From Chloroflexota bacterium (GTDB lineage: Bacteria > Chloroflexota > UBA11872 > VXNJ01), in assembly GCA_965261345.1 (NCBI GenBank), contig OZ253449.1, positions 1,600,001 through 1,664,000 on the forward strand: a DNA stretch of 64,000 bases, in the 5' to 3' direction. Below the pieces are notes generated by a model. It saw only the letters and a program-made list of their open reading frames with translations. It did not search any database and was not told the DNA's origin. This document shows positions 28,492 to 38,411 of this stretch, one piece after another (the stretch's first letter is position 1; the number at the start of each line of letters is the position of its first letter). Position numbers and translations under genes: made by a program.

Positions 28492-30396
28492 ATGGCGCAG
28501 ATTGCCTGGTTGATTCCCGCCCTGCCGCTGGCCGCATTCCTAATCAACGGGGTCTTTGGGCCACGCTTTCTGGGACGCATCGCCGGAGTGATCGCCTCGT
28601 TGGCGATCGGGGCCTCGTTTGTTGTAGTTGTGGCGCTGTGGATTGATCTTCCATCAGAAGGCTCGCCCGATCGCCAACAGGAGCTCTACCGCTGGGTGGC
28701 CTCGGGCGATCTCGTGGTCAGCATAGGCTTCCTGCTAGATGAGCTCGCGGTCGTGATGCTGCTGGTCGTTACCGGCGTCAGCTTCCTCGTCCACGTCTAT
28801 TCGACCGCCTACATGGCCCACGACCCCGCCCACGCGCGCTTTTTCGTATGGCTGCCGCTGTTCGTCTTCTCGATGATCCTGCTGGTGATGGCCGACAACT
28901 TCCTGCTCCTGTTTGTCTTCTGGGAAATGGTTGGTGTCTGTTCCTATCTCCTGATTGGTTTCTGGCATCGTCGCAACAGCGCCAACGACGCCGCGATCAA
29001 GGCTTTTGTCACCAACCGGATCGGCGACTTCGGATTCGCTGGTGGGGTGTTTTTGGTCTTTTGGACTTTCGGGACGCTCGACTACCTCTCGGTTCATGCT
29101 CAGGTATCCCAGGCCTCGGCCGGGGTGTTGCTGGCGATCGCCCTGCTGCTGTTTGTGGGAGCGATGGGCAAGTCGGCCCAGTTTCCGCTCCACGTCTGGC
29201 TGCCGGACGCGATGGAGGGCCCCACCCCGGTTTCGGCGCTAATCCACGCCGCCACCATGGTCACCGCCGGGGTCTACATGGTCGCCCGCCACTCGGTAAT
29301 CTTTGAAGCTTCCGGTGATGCGCTCATCATCGTGGGGGCGACTGGGGCCTTCACCGCCCTGCTGGCGGCCACGATCGGCTGTGTCCAGACCGACATCAAA
29401 CGGGTGCTGGCCTATTCGACCGTCTCGCAGCTGGGACTAATGTTTTTGGGGCTCGGCGCCGGGGTCTATGCGGCGGCGATATTCCACCTGGTAACCCACG
29501 CGTTCTTCAAGGCCCTGCTGTTTCTTGGCTCCGGCTCGGTCATCCATGCGATGGACGATGAGCAGGACATGCGCAGCTACGGCGGCCTGGCCCGTAAATT
29601 GCCCTGGACCTACGTGACCTTTTTGATCGGCGGCCTGGCCCTTGCGGCGATATTCCCGCTGGCGGGCTTTTGGAGCAAGGATGAGCTGGTGGCCTCGGCT
29701 TTTGCCGCCGGCGCCTCGGCCGATGGCAACTGGTGGTACCTGGTTTTCTTTGCCGCCGGGCTTTTGACCTCGCTGCTGACCGCCTTCTACACGATCCGGA
29801 TGATCGTGCTCACCTTTCACGGCCGTCCGCGCGACCAGAAGCTGCACGACCATGCCCATGAATCACCGGTCGCGATGGTCGCCCCGCTGGTGATCCTGGC
29901 CGCCCTGGCGATAGTGGCCGGCGGTCTGCTCGGTTTTCCACCCGAGCACGGGGCGATCCACGAGTACCTCGGGGTCGTCCTGCACTCGGTCCACTTCGAT
30001 CTGACCGGTGACGAGACGCTCACCGTACTGATTGCTTTAGCTTCCACTGCGGTAGCGGCCGGCGGAGCCGCCCTGGCGGTTGCCGCCTACGGCCGCGGAG
30101 TTGTTTCGCCACAGAAACTGGCGCGCTTTTTTCCGGGTTTCTACCGCCTGGCCAGTGAGAAGTACTATCTTGACCACATAACCGACCAGGTGGTGGTGGC
30201 CGGGACCCGCACCAGCGCATTCTTCCTCTGGGGGATCGATGCGCGGGTGGTCGATGGGATCGTAAACCTTATTGGCTGGCTGGTTCGGGCGATCGCCGCG
30301 GTCTCGCGTCGCCTCCAGACCGGCCAGGTCCAAAACTACGCCCTACTGGTGCTAATCGGCGTCGTGGCCGTCGTCGGCTCGCTGCTCCTGGCATGA
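28492..30396 (+). CDS. nuoL: NADH-quinone oxidoreductase subunit L
   Basis: KSAQFPLHVWLPDAMEGPTPVSALIHAATMVTAG, HAFFKALLFL, QTG.VQ.Y. Confidence 0.96.
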   Translation: MAQIAWLIPALPLAAFLINGVFGPRFLGRIAGVIASLAIGASFVVVVALWIDLPSEGSPDRQQELYRWVASGDLVVSIGFLLDELAVVMLLVVTGVSFLVHVYSTAYMAHDPAHARFFVWLPLFVFSMILLVMADNFLLLFVFWEMVGVCSYLLIGFWHRRNSANDAAIKAFVTNRIGDFGFAGGVFLVFWTFGTLDYLSVHAQVSQASAGVLLAIALLLFVGAMGKSAQFPLHVWLPDAMEGPTPVSALIHAATMVTAGVYMVARHSVIFEASGDALIIVGATGAFTALLAATIGCVQTDIKRVLAYSTVSQLGLMFLGLGAGVYAAAIFHLVTHAFFKALLFLGSGSVIHAMDDEQDMRSYGGLARKLPWTYVTFLIGGLALAAIFPLAGFWSKDELVASAFAAGASADGNWWYLVFFAAGLLTSLLTAFYTIRMIVLTFHGRPRDQKLHDHAHESPVAMVAPLVILAALAIVAGGLLGFPPEHGAIHEYLGVVLHSVHFDLTGDETLTVLIALASTAVAAGGAALAVAAYGRGVVSPQKLARFFPGFYRLASEKYYLDHITDQVVVAGTRTSAFFLWGIDARVVDGIVNLIGWLVRAIAAVSRRLQTGQVQNYALLVLIGVVAVVGSLLLA

Positions 30397-30404
30397 GTAT
30401 CTAG

Positions 30405-31862
30405 ATGCCTGAAGCCTCCGCGCCACCGCTGCTTTCGCTGAGCCTGTGGCTACCGCTGGCCGGCGCGGTGGTGGTTTGGATGATGCGCACGCGCCAGGCC
30501 GCCACCGCCGCCGCCTTGTTTTTCTCGCTGCTAACGCTCGGCGCCATTTTGATGGTGGTGTTTGGTTTCGACAGCCAGGTTGCCGGTTACCAATTTGCCG
30601 AGCAGCGCGAGTGGATTCCCCAGTTCGGCTTGCAATACAAGCTGGGGGTGGACGGAATATCAATCCTGATGCTGCTCCTGACCGGTTTACTAACGCCGAT
30701 CGTAATCGGCGTCTCCTGGCTCTCGATCTCCGACCGCACCCGTGAATACATGGCGGCGATGCTGCTGCTGGAAACCGGGATGGTCGGCGTCTTTATCTCG
30801 CTCGATCTGGTCCTCTTCTACGTGTTCTGGGAAGTGGTCCTGATTCCGATGTACCTGATCATCGGGGTCTGGGGCGGACCGCGCCGGATCTACGCGGCGA
30901 TCAAGTTTTTCCTGTTCACCTTCGTGGGCTCGGTGCTGATGCTGGTGGCCATCATTGCCATCGGGCTCGACGCAGGTTCATTCGACATCGAAGCGCTGCC
31001 CAACATCGGGATCACCCAATCGTTGCAGTTCTGGGTGTTTATTGCCTTCTTTGCCGCGTTCGCGATCAAGATCCCGATGTTTCCATTCCACACCTGGCTG
31101 CCTGATGCGCATGTTGAGGCCCCCACCGGTGGCAGCGTGATCCTGGCCGGGGTGCTGCTAAAGATGGGCGGCTACGGCTTCCTGCGGCTAGTGCTGCCGC
31201 TCAGCCCGCAGGCGGTCGACGAATTCCGGGTGGCGGTGATCGTGCTCTCGGTGGTGGGGATCATCTATGGCGCGATGGTGGCGATGTCGCAGCGAGACGT
31301 GAAAAAACTGATCGCCTACTCTTCGGTTTCGCACATGGGTTTCGTAACTCTTGGCATCTTTTCGGGAAATCAGCAGGCCTTAGATGGGGCGATCATCCAG
31401 ATGTTCTCGCACGGCCTGATCACCGGCGCGCTTTTCCTCTGCGTTGGTGTGGTCTACGATCGCACCCACACCCGCCAGTTCTCCGACCTGGGCGGGTTGG
31501 CCGAACGCCTGCCGGTGTTTGCCGCAGTGCTTGGCTTTTTCACCCTGGCCTCGCTGGGCCTGCCGACGATGAGCGGGTTCGTGGGTGAGTTCCTGGTGCT
31601 GATAGGGGCCTTCGGCTATTCCTACCTGGCCGGATTCGGCGCGCTGGTGGGGGTGATCCTGGCCGCCGCCTACATGCTCTGGATGTACAAGCGGCTAATG
31701 CTCGGCACCGTCAACGACAACTTTGCCGGAATAACTGACCTAAATCGCATCGAAGGCGCGGCTCTGGCCCCGCTGGCAGGGCTGGTGCTCTGGGTCGGGA
31801 TCGCACCCGATCCCTTCGTTGCGATGCTCTCCGTGGCCACCGGCCAGCTGCTGGGTCCCTAA
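30405..31862 (+). CDS. nuoM: NADH-quinone oxidoreductase subunit M
   Basis: GVDGIS, FYVFWE, PFHTWLPDAHVEAPT, AYSSVSHMG. Confidence 0.96.
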   Translation: MPEASAPPLLSLSLWLPLAGAVVVWMMRTRQAATAAALFFSLLTLGAILMVVFGFDSQVAGYQFAEQREWIPQFGLQYKLGVDGISILMLLLTGLLTPIVIGVSWLSISDRTREYMAAMLLLETGMVGVFISLDLVLFYVFWEVVLIPMYLIIGVWGGPRRIYAAIKFFLFTFVGSVLMLVAIIAIGLDAGSFDIEALPNIGITQSLQFWVFIAFFAAFAIKIPMFPFHTWLPDAHVEAPTGGSVILAGVLLKMGGYGFLRLVLPLSPQAVDEFRVAVIVLSVVGIIYGAMVAMSQRDVKKLIAYSSVSHMGFVTLGIFSGNQQALDGAIIQMFSHGLITGALFLCVGVVYDRTHTRQFSDLGGLAERLPVFAAVLGFFTLASLGLPTMSGFVGEFLVLIGAFGYSYLAGFGALVGVILAAAYMLWMYKRLMLGTVNDNFAGITDLNRIEGAALAPLAGLVLWVGIAPDPFVAMLSVATGQLLGP

Positions 31863-31863
31863 G

Positions 31864-33327
31864 ATGCCGTACGAATGGTCTGAAATTGGCCGCATCGGCC
31901 CCGAGTTGATTTTGGTGGCGGTGGCCAGCACCACCCCGCTGATGTGGGTATTTTCGGGACGCGACAACCGCTGGGCTTACATGGTCCTGGCGTTGCTGGG
32001 AATAGTGGCCGCCGCTGGAATCCTGGTGGCGCAGTGGTCGGATCCGGCGATTTCGATTCTGTCGGGCCAACTTGTCGTCGATCAGTTCTCGGTTTTCCTG
32101 CGAATGCTGCTGCTGGCCGTTGCCGGCGCCGCGGTGGTCCTAGGGATAGGCAACCTCCCGCGGGTGCGGTTCGGCGCTTACGTTGCAATCGTTCTTTTCT
32201 CAACCAGCGGGATGATGTTTCTCGTCGGCGCCACCGACCTGATCGTCATGTTTGTAGCTCTCGAACTCATGTCGATCCCGATCTACGCTCTGGTGGCCAT
32301 TACCCGCTGGCGGGAGCGCTCGACCGAGGGGGCGATCAAGTACTTCACCATGGGTGCCCTGTCGACCGCGGTGACCGCATACGGAATCGGCTGGCTGTAT
32401 GGCATCACCGGCCAGACATCTTTTGCCGAAATCGGACAGGTGCTGGGCCAGCGCGAGATGGGCGCACCGGAAGTGCTCGCGATCGGGTTGATCATCGCCG
32501 CCCTGGCCTTCAAGATCGCGCTCGTCCCGTTTCACGCCTGGACCCCCGATGCCTATGACGGGGCGCCGACCGCGGTTACCGCGTTTATTTCGGTCGCCCC
32601 CAAGGTCGCGGCGCTGGGTCTGCTGGTGCGACTGCTCGTGGTTTCATTCGAACCGTTCGCGGTTGATTTGGAGCTTTTGCTTGGAACCCTGGCAGCGGTA
32701 ACGATCGTAGTCGGGAACGTGATTGCAGTCGCCCAGACCAACATAAAGCGCATGCTGGCCTATTCGAGCATTGCCCATTCGGGTTACATGCTGGCTGGTT
32801 TGGCAGCCACCCAGGCCCAGGTTTCCGGCAGCCTAACCTATGCCGGAACGCACACTCTGCTCTACTACGCGGTGGCTTACGCCCTGATGAACACCGGCGC
32901 GTTCGCGATCGTGATGCTGGTGGAGAAGCATCGCTCCGCGGTTGACCTCAACGCATTCAAGGGCCTTGGCCGGAGTTCGCCGTTCCTGGCGCTGGTCATG
33001 GCTGTTTTCATGCTCTCGCTGATTGGCGTGCCGCCGACGGCCGGGTTCTTTGGCAAGCTGTTGATCATTGACGCCTTGCTCGATGCGGGTTCGGGCTGGC
33101 TCGCGATCCTCCTGGCCCTTGCGGCGGCGGTCTCGGCTTTCTACTACTTAAGAGTTGTTGTGAACATGTTTATGCGTCGGGCCGATCCTGACGCCGCCGA
33201 TATCGAAACTTCGGATTCAGTCGGGGTCATTGTTTCAACAACCGCCGTAGGGACGGTCCTCGTGGGAATTTGGTCGGGTAGGTTGCTTGAGCTTGCCAGC
33301 TCTGGTGCAACGCTGGTTGGATCCTAA
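31864..33327 (+). CDS. nuoN: NADH-quinone oxidoreductase subunit N
   Basis: E.AIKYF, FKI..VPFH.W.PDAY.GAP, KRMLAYSSIAH, YYLRVV. Start moved to ATG 31864. Confidence 0.95.
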   Translation: MPYEWSEIGRIGPELILVAVASTTPLMWVFSGRDNRWAYMVLALLGIVAAAGILVAQWSDPAISILSGQLVVDQFSVFLRMLLLAVAGAAVVLGIGNLPRVRFGAYVAIVLFSTSGMMFLVGATDLIVMFVALELMSIPIYALVAITRWRERSTEGAIKYFTMGALSTAVTAYGIGWLYGITGQTSFAEIGQVLGQREMGAPEVLAIGLIIAALAFKIALVPFHAWTPDAYDGAPTAVTAFISVAPKVAALGLLVRLLVVSFEPFAVDLELLLGTLAAVTIVVGNVIAVAQTNIKRMLAYSSIAHSGYMLAGLAATQAQVSGSLTYAGTHTLLYYAVAYALMNTGAFAIVMLVEKHRSAVDLNAFKGLGRSSPFLALVMAVFMLSLIGVPPTAGFFGKLLIIDALLDAGSGWLAILLALAAAVSAFYYLRVVVNMFMRRADPDAADIETSDSVGVIVSTTAVGTVLVGIWSGRLLELASSGATLVGS

Positions 33328-33505
33328 GGGCCGTCAATCGCGCAGCAGAATTCGATTCGCGTTGCAACTGCCAATAACGGTGGGCCCGTCGACGGCGTTT
33401 TAAGAGATAGTGAAAGCGAACCTGGGGTTGTCCCTAGTAGCACGCATTCTTTACGGAGGTCCGTTGGGATGTCTGTAGCGCCACTCAAGGCAATGGAGGC
33501 ACGCA

Positions 33506-33649
33506 TATAATGGCGAGTCATTCTGCGCTTGGCGGGATTGCGATATGCAGGCCAATGCCGAGTCGTTTTTAGATTCAGCGATCTCACGGAAGGTTTCCAC
33601 CGGAGTATTCCGGCCGACCGTGCCGAATAGAAGTCAAAAGGAGGACGTC
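33506..33649 (+). promoter_or_regulatory. Putative sigma70 -10 box, structured 5' leader and strong RBS
   Basis: TATAAT at 33506-33511. Stems CTTGGC/GCCGAG, CACGG/CCGTG and CCGGA/TCCGG. AAAGGAGG at 33637-33644. Confidence 0.5.
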
Positions 33650-36280
33650 TTGACTTCGTCCAATCAATTGAAGAGCGGGTTCCGGACGGGCCTTGCTTTT
33701 CCAATAACGCTAGTGGCGGTCGGGTTGCTGTTGGCCTCGCTGGTGCTGGGCTTGGGTACCAACCTTGCTCGCGCGCTAGGCGACGGCGACGGCGGCATCT
33801 GCGGCTTCAGCGACCTTATGCAGGGAGCCATCCTTGCAAACAACGACCATAAATCCTTTAAGTGCAATAGTGAAACCTACACGGGTGAAACTGCCGGAGA
33901 CACTTCTTGGGGTGGAACTACGGGAATCGAAGATAATGAGCAGGATGAGGCCAAAGACCTTGATCTGAGCGGCAACGTAGGTGGCGTTTTCAAACCTGGC
34001 AAGGGTGAACTTGATGGTTTCGTGCGCGGATCACGCGTAGACCTGACCGGCAATGGCCTGACCGTGGCCGACATCGACTTGAGCGATGCAGTCGGCACTT
34101 TTGCTGACGCAGATTCGGCTACGACCTACAGCCAATTTGGCAGGTCGATCGGTCGCGGTGACGGCACCGCAACTGCTAGCGACGGTACTCCTAACAGCTC
34201 CGCTCCGTCCGGTCTCGGCTTAACGTTTCTCCTTGACGGCGGATCTACAACTGCCAATGGACTTACGGTCGACACGTTTGAGGGCATTGAAGGCGAAATT
34301 GTCTGGATCACCTTTGAATATGGTGCCTGGCCCGATGCTTTTGCCGATCTCAACAACGACGGTGAAGGTAACGACAGAGACGGCGGCGTGTGGATGCGCG
34401 TCGATTTCACCGTTGACGATGTCGCAGCCGAAAAAGTGTCGGCACTGATTAGTTCACAAGATGCAGATGGCACGCTCTATGCGGTGCCCTATCGGATAAA
34501 GGACGACGCTGAAAATGACTTCGGACGGACCGATAAGCGGTCGATTGAAGTCACCATTGGCGGCATTGGGTCATTTGCATCAGGTGCAGTGGGCGGTAAC
34601 AACGTGGCCGCCGATATCCCCGCCGAAAAGCTACGGATTGATGAGTTTGAGGGCAGCATTCCTCGCGGAAACCAGGAAGCTGACCTGCTAGTTGTTGACG
34701 AGGACGACCCGCCGGTTTCGGTAGCTGATCGCCAGGACGCGGTTGCAGACCCGATTACCACGCTACTTGGATTGAGCGCCAAACGCGTAGGTAGCGATCA
34801 TCTGGCCGGTAAGGACGTTGGTGACGGCACCGTGTTGCTCACCACCCTCGCAATCGGAAGGGCCGGTGACCCCGACAACGACAAGATTGATTCGATCACT
34901 GCTGCTGATCTGTCAGGCCTAAAAGGGATTACCCAACCTGTTGGCACGACTGCCCTGAATCTGAAGGACAACGCATTGACCGCGTTGCCAAGCGGCCTGT
35001 TCGCAGATGTTGGATCGGCAAGTGAAGAAGATCTGTCGACCTTGATTGATGTGACCGGGAACGAAGGGCCAGCCGGTGACGGTTTCATGCTGGATAACCT
35101 CGGTGATGTTGGCAATGAATTGATTGCTGGCCAGGTTCTAAAGGTAGATGCGCCTCGCAAAGACGACCGAATCGGATTCATCCAGGATTCTTATGAAGCC
35201 ACTGAAGGTGGCGTCTGGATCTTTGACGTGAACATTAGCGAGGACACCCCGGTCATTCAGTTGATGGCCGTTGCGGGTGACTCTGGAAAAGTTGCCGACG
35301 ACGTAGAAAATGCGTTCATTGATCTGAGTTCTTTGCCGACCGGACCCTTCAACTATCGGATCGCGATTGGATTGCCCGAAAACGGAGATGAGGATGGCGA
35401 TAACACGCTGACTGCAATCTACGGACTTGGCACTGTCACTGTTGACGGTGATGGGGTCCAGACCGGTGCTGTGACGACGATTCTGGACGTTGTCTCGCTA
35501 ACGATCCGCGATGCCTCTTACTCGGCACCTGTGGTCGTGGTTCCGGCTGAAACCGGATTCGGTTCGATCGTGGTTACCCAGAACGAATACGTTGAGGCCC
35601 CCGGCAACGAGGATCTCAAGCACAACGTCTCCAACCTGTTGGTGGCGGTGGGCGACGATTCGATCCCGGCTACCTTCCTTGACATCTACACCGCCACCGG
35701 CGGTCTCGATCGCTGGGGTTACCCGACCTCTGAGGTTGTAATCATCGAAGACGGTACTCTGACCCAGTTCTTCCAACGTGGCGTACTCGACTTCCACGAC
35801 ACGGTTGCTGGCTACATCGTTGAACGACGATTGGCTTGGGACTATGTAGGTGGCGGCGCTGGCGGCAGCGTTGACCAAGGCGTTGAAGCCGCTCCGGATT
35901 CCGGTCCGGAAGGTGGAGTTCAGGTCGGCGCATTTGGACACTATGTGGCCAACGCTGACGCTGACGGCAATGCCACAGGCTTCCTGGACGCGTTCAATGC
36001 CTTCGGTGGAGTTGACGGACTTGGTATCCCCAAGACCGAGGCGCGCGCTGACACAGGCGACGCTGGAACCCTGCTTGAACCCGGTGGAGCCATCGGATTC
36101 ACACGGCAGTACTTCCAGGCCGCAGTCCTCCAGTTGTCAGAAGCGGGAACCGTGGAGCTGACGCTCCTTGGTGACACGCTACGCGACCTGCTGGTTCCCG
36201 GCTTTGCCGATGAAGCAGCCTTCGGCGCTGCGGACGCGGCATCGGTCGGTGACGAGTTCTCGCCGGATGTGATTTCATAA
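33650..36280 (+). CDS. Large acidic secreted surface protein, paralog 2, with C-terminal LGFP-like/Chloroflexota anchoring repeats
   Basis: TTG start after AAAGGAGG. Signal peptide. VDLTGNGL, DLSGLKG, LNLKDNALTALPSGLF, GFIQDSYEATEG. C-terminal GGLDRWGYPTSE..QFFQRG and GGVDGLGIPKTE..QYFQAA. Confidence 0.82.
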   Translation: MTSSNQLKSGFRTGLAFPITLVAVGLLLASLVLGLGTNLARALGDGDGGICGFSDLMQGAILANNDHKSFKCNSETYTGETAGDTSWGGTTGIEDNEQDEAKDLDLSGNVGGVFKPGKGELDGFVRGSRVDLTGNGLTVADIDLSDAVGTFADADSATTYSQFGRSIGRGDGTATASDGTPNSSAPSGLGLTFLLDGGSTTANGLTVDTFEGIEGEIVWITFEYGAWPDAFADLNNDGEGNDRDGGVWMRVDFTVDDVAAEKVSALISSQDADGTLYAVPYRIKDDAENDFGRTDKRSIEVTIGGIGSFASGAVGGNNVAADIPAEKLRIDEFEGSIPRGNQEADLLVVDEDDPPVSVADRQDAVADPITTLLGLSAKRVGSDHLAGKDVGDGTVLLTTLAIGRAGDPDNDKIDSITAADLSGLKGITQPVGTTALNLKDNALTALPSGLFADVGSASEEDLSTLIDVTGNEGPAGDGFMLDNLGDVGNELIAGQVLKVDAPRKDDRIGFIQDSYEATEGGVWIFDVNISEDTPVIQLMAVAGDSGKVADDVENAFIDLSSLPTGPFNYRIAIGLPENGDEDGDNTLTAIYGLGTVTVDGDGVQTGAVTTILDVVSLTIRDASYSAPVVVVPAETGFGSIVVTQNEYVEAPGNEDLKHNVSNLLVAVGDDSIPATFLDIYTATGGLDRWGYPTSEVVIIEDGTLTQFFQRGVLDFHDTVAGYIVERRLAWDYVGGGAGGSVDQGVEAAPDSGPEGGVQVGAFGHYVANADADGNATGFLDAFNAFGGVDGLGIPKTEARADTGDAGTLLEPGGAIGFTRQYFQAAVLQLSEAGTVELTLLGDTLRDLLVPGFADEAAFGAADAASVGDEFSPDVIS

Positions 36281-36302
36281 CCGGCTAGAAATCTAGCGAC
36301 AA

Positions 36303-36334
36303 AACTGGGCGGGTCCGAAAGGGCCCGCCCAGTT
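36303..36334 (+). terminator. Hairpin terminator after paralog 2
   Basis: AACTGGGCGGGTCC-GAAA-GGGCCCGCCCAGTT. Confidence 0.75.
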
Positions 36335-36339
36335 GCTAT

Positions 36340-36831
36340 ATGGTGGCCAAAGTAAAAGTGATGAATAACGCCGACCTGATTGAAGCGGAGAAGCGCGCCG
36401 ACGGGCCGGGCGTCCATGTGGCGTTGCGCACGCGTGCACTTGAAATTTCAAGCATTGAACGCTTCGTTGATAATCCCGCCAACGGTGGGATTTGTGTTTT
36501 TCAAGGGGTAGTGCGGCGTGATTCTGACCTGGGCTCCGTTGAATCACTCGAGTACGATGCCTACTCGGCTATGGCAATAGCCCAGCTGCGCCACATATGC
36601 GAGAGTGCGCGCGCCCAATGGCCCGAAGCGCAAATCGCAGTTGAACATCGGCTTGGCATTGTCAACCTGGGTGAGCCCAGCGTAGTGATCGCGGTCGGGA
36701 CGCCGCACCGGGCGGAAGCGTTTGCCTGCTGCCGCTTTCTTATCGAGAAGCTAAAAGTTGAAGTTCCGATTTGGAAAAAGGAACGTGCGGCCAACAAATC
36801 AAAATGGGCGCAAGGATGCGGGCCGGCATAA
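36340..36831 (+). CDS. moaE: Molybdopterin synthase catalytic subunit
   Basis: GG...F.G.VR, LEYDAY..MA, HRLG, HR.EAF..C...I..LK..VPIWKKE. Start may be 36361. Confidence 0.92.
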   Translation: MVAKVKVMNNADLIEAEKRADGPGVHVALRTRALEISSIERFVDNPANGGICVFQGVVRRDSDLGSVESLEYDAYSAMAIAQLRHICESARAQWPEAQIAVEHRLGIVNLGEPSVVIAVGTPHRAEAFACCRFLIEKLKVEVPIWKKERAANKSKWAQGCGPA

Positions 36832-36900
36832 GAGATCACTCGGCGCCGCATCGCTAGCCAATTCCAAACGACGAAAAAGTCGCTAGATATAAAAGGAATT

Positions 36901-37197
36901 ATGTCCAGTGGATTGATTCTTATTTGACACGGCCAGGCTCGAAACCAGGAAGTGCGGGAATTGGACTTTGTGGTGCTTCGCCAGCATCGACAACCGCCCG
37001 AACGCCTTTTCGCGGCGAACCGGGTGGACCAAGTGGAAGATTTGCGACCCTTATATAACGTCCAAAAAGTGGACAATTGTGTGGCCATTGTCCAATCGGT
37101 TGTCCACAATATTTTGCATATGATTTCTCAATGTAGTTCTGGGTACCGACGAGACGTCCCGATTGCGCAAAGTGGACAATGACCTGGACAATGTCCA
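36901..37197. repeat. Array of TGGACA/TGTCCA motifs upstream of the Fic gene
   Basis: TGTCCA at 36902, 37089, 37101, 37192; TGGACA at 37070, 37173, 37185; partial copies at 36962, 37025, 37060. Palindromes at 37070-37094 and 37185-37197. Confidence 0.7.
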
Positions 37198-37214
37198 TTT
37201 ACTGAGAGTCGTGA

Positions 37215-38411
37215 ATGCCAAGCTGGCCAGTCCACTTCGAAATCAAAGTCAATACTGAAAATGCCCGTATAAGGGATCTCGTTGCGAGAGTAAAAGCCGT
37301 TTCATCGACGATTGAGGGCATTCCGATCCCGCCCTACGTACGCACCAGGCTCAACACGCTAAACATTCTGCGTGCAGTCCGTGGGACTACCGGAATCGAG
37401 GGCACAGAGTTGTCCGAATCCGAGGTCTCGAATGTGCTGAATGCTTCGCCTGAAGACCAAGTATTGGGTGAATCGCGGGCCCGAGAGGAGCGCGAAGTTC
37501 GAAACGCCCAAGCACTAATGCGGTATGTTCAATTCCTGCTGACCCGAGACCCGGGCGCCCAACTGGATGAAGCGTTGATTCGCAGTTTCCACAGGATGCT
37601 GACTGATGGCATTCCTTATGGACATAACGCCCCAGGTCGATTCAGGCAGCACCGAGCGGCTGCAGGCACGTATCGAGCCCCTCCCCATGATGAGGTTCCA
37701 CGCCTCATGCGAGGCTTTATCGAATGGGTGAATGGTCCCGCCGGGCGGGCATTTGACCCGATTGTCCGCGCCATCCTAGCGCACTTTTTGGTGGTCAGCA
37801 TACATCCTTTCGGCGACGGCAACGGTCGCACATCGAGAGGAGTCGAGAGTTTTCTCTTATACAAAGCTCGGGCAAATGTCTTGGGGTTTTATTCGCTAGC
37901 AAACCACTACTACAAGAATCGAAGCGAATATATCCAATTGTTGGACCGATGCCGATTCCAATCGGATCCCGATGTGAGCCCATTCGTCACTTTTGCCTTA
38001 GAGGGCATGGCAGCAGAGCTCGATGATGTGCGGAAGGAGCTATTGCAGGCGATCCGAATCATCTCGTTTAGGGACCTTGCAAGGGAAGTATTCCAATCCG
38101 AAGGAAAACTAGGGAAAGTTACGGGCAATCGCCAATTGCATTTCTTGTTCGATCTTGGCGAACAAGTAGTCGCTATCGCAGATATTCGAAGCGGCCTGCA
38201 TCCGCTCGCTCACCTTTACAAAGGAGTTGGCCGGAAGACTCTCAGTAGGGACTTGAACGAATTAGAGCGACTCGATCTGATCGTCAACGAGCACCGCAAG
38301 GTCCGTGCAAACACCGGAATCATGGATTTATTCACCGGAATGCCTCCCCTGGCTGAATCCAGTAGGTCAATTTCCGACGCGGATCAACCCATATCCGAAT
38401 ATCCGGATTAG
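37215..38411 (+). CDS. Fic-domain protein (N-terminal inhibitory helix, probable C-terminal HTH)
   Basis: HPFGDGNGRTSR canonical Fic motif. TTGIEG matches (S/T)xxxE(G/N). C-terminal KTLSRDL.EL..L.L. Confidence 0.92.
   Translation: MPSWPVHFEIKVNTENARIRDLVARVKAVSSTIEGIPIPPYVRTRLNTLNILRAVRGTTGIEGTELSESEVSNVLNASPEDQVLGESRAREEREVRNAQALMRYVQFLLTRDPGAQLDEALIRSFHRMLTDGIPYGHNAPGRFRQHRAAAGTYRAPPHDEVPRLMRGFIEWVNGPAGRAFDPIVRAILAHFLVVSIHPFGDGNGRTSRGVESFLLYKARANVLGFYSLANHYYKNRSEYIQLLDRCRFQSDPDVSPFVTFALEGMAAELDDVRKELLQAIRIISFRDLAREVFQSEGKLGKVTGNRQLHFLFDLGEQVVAIADIRSGLHPLAHLYKGVGRKTLSRDLNELERLDLIVNEHRKVRANTGIMDLFTGMPPLAESSRSISDADQPISEYPD

Noticed and set aside
36901-37197. Chromosomal origin (oriC)
   Set aside because: Only one full DnaA-box-like 9-mer, no dnaA/dnaN nearby and no clear unwinding element. 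Kept only as a motif array.
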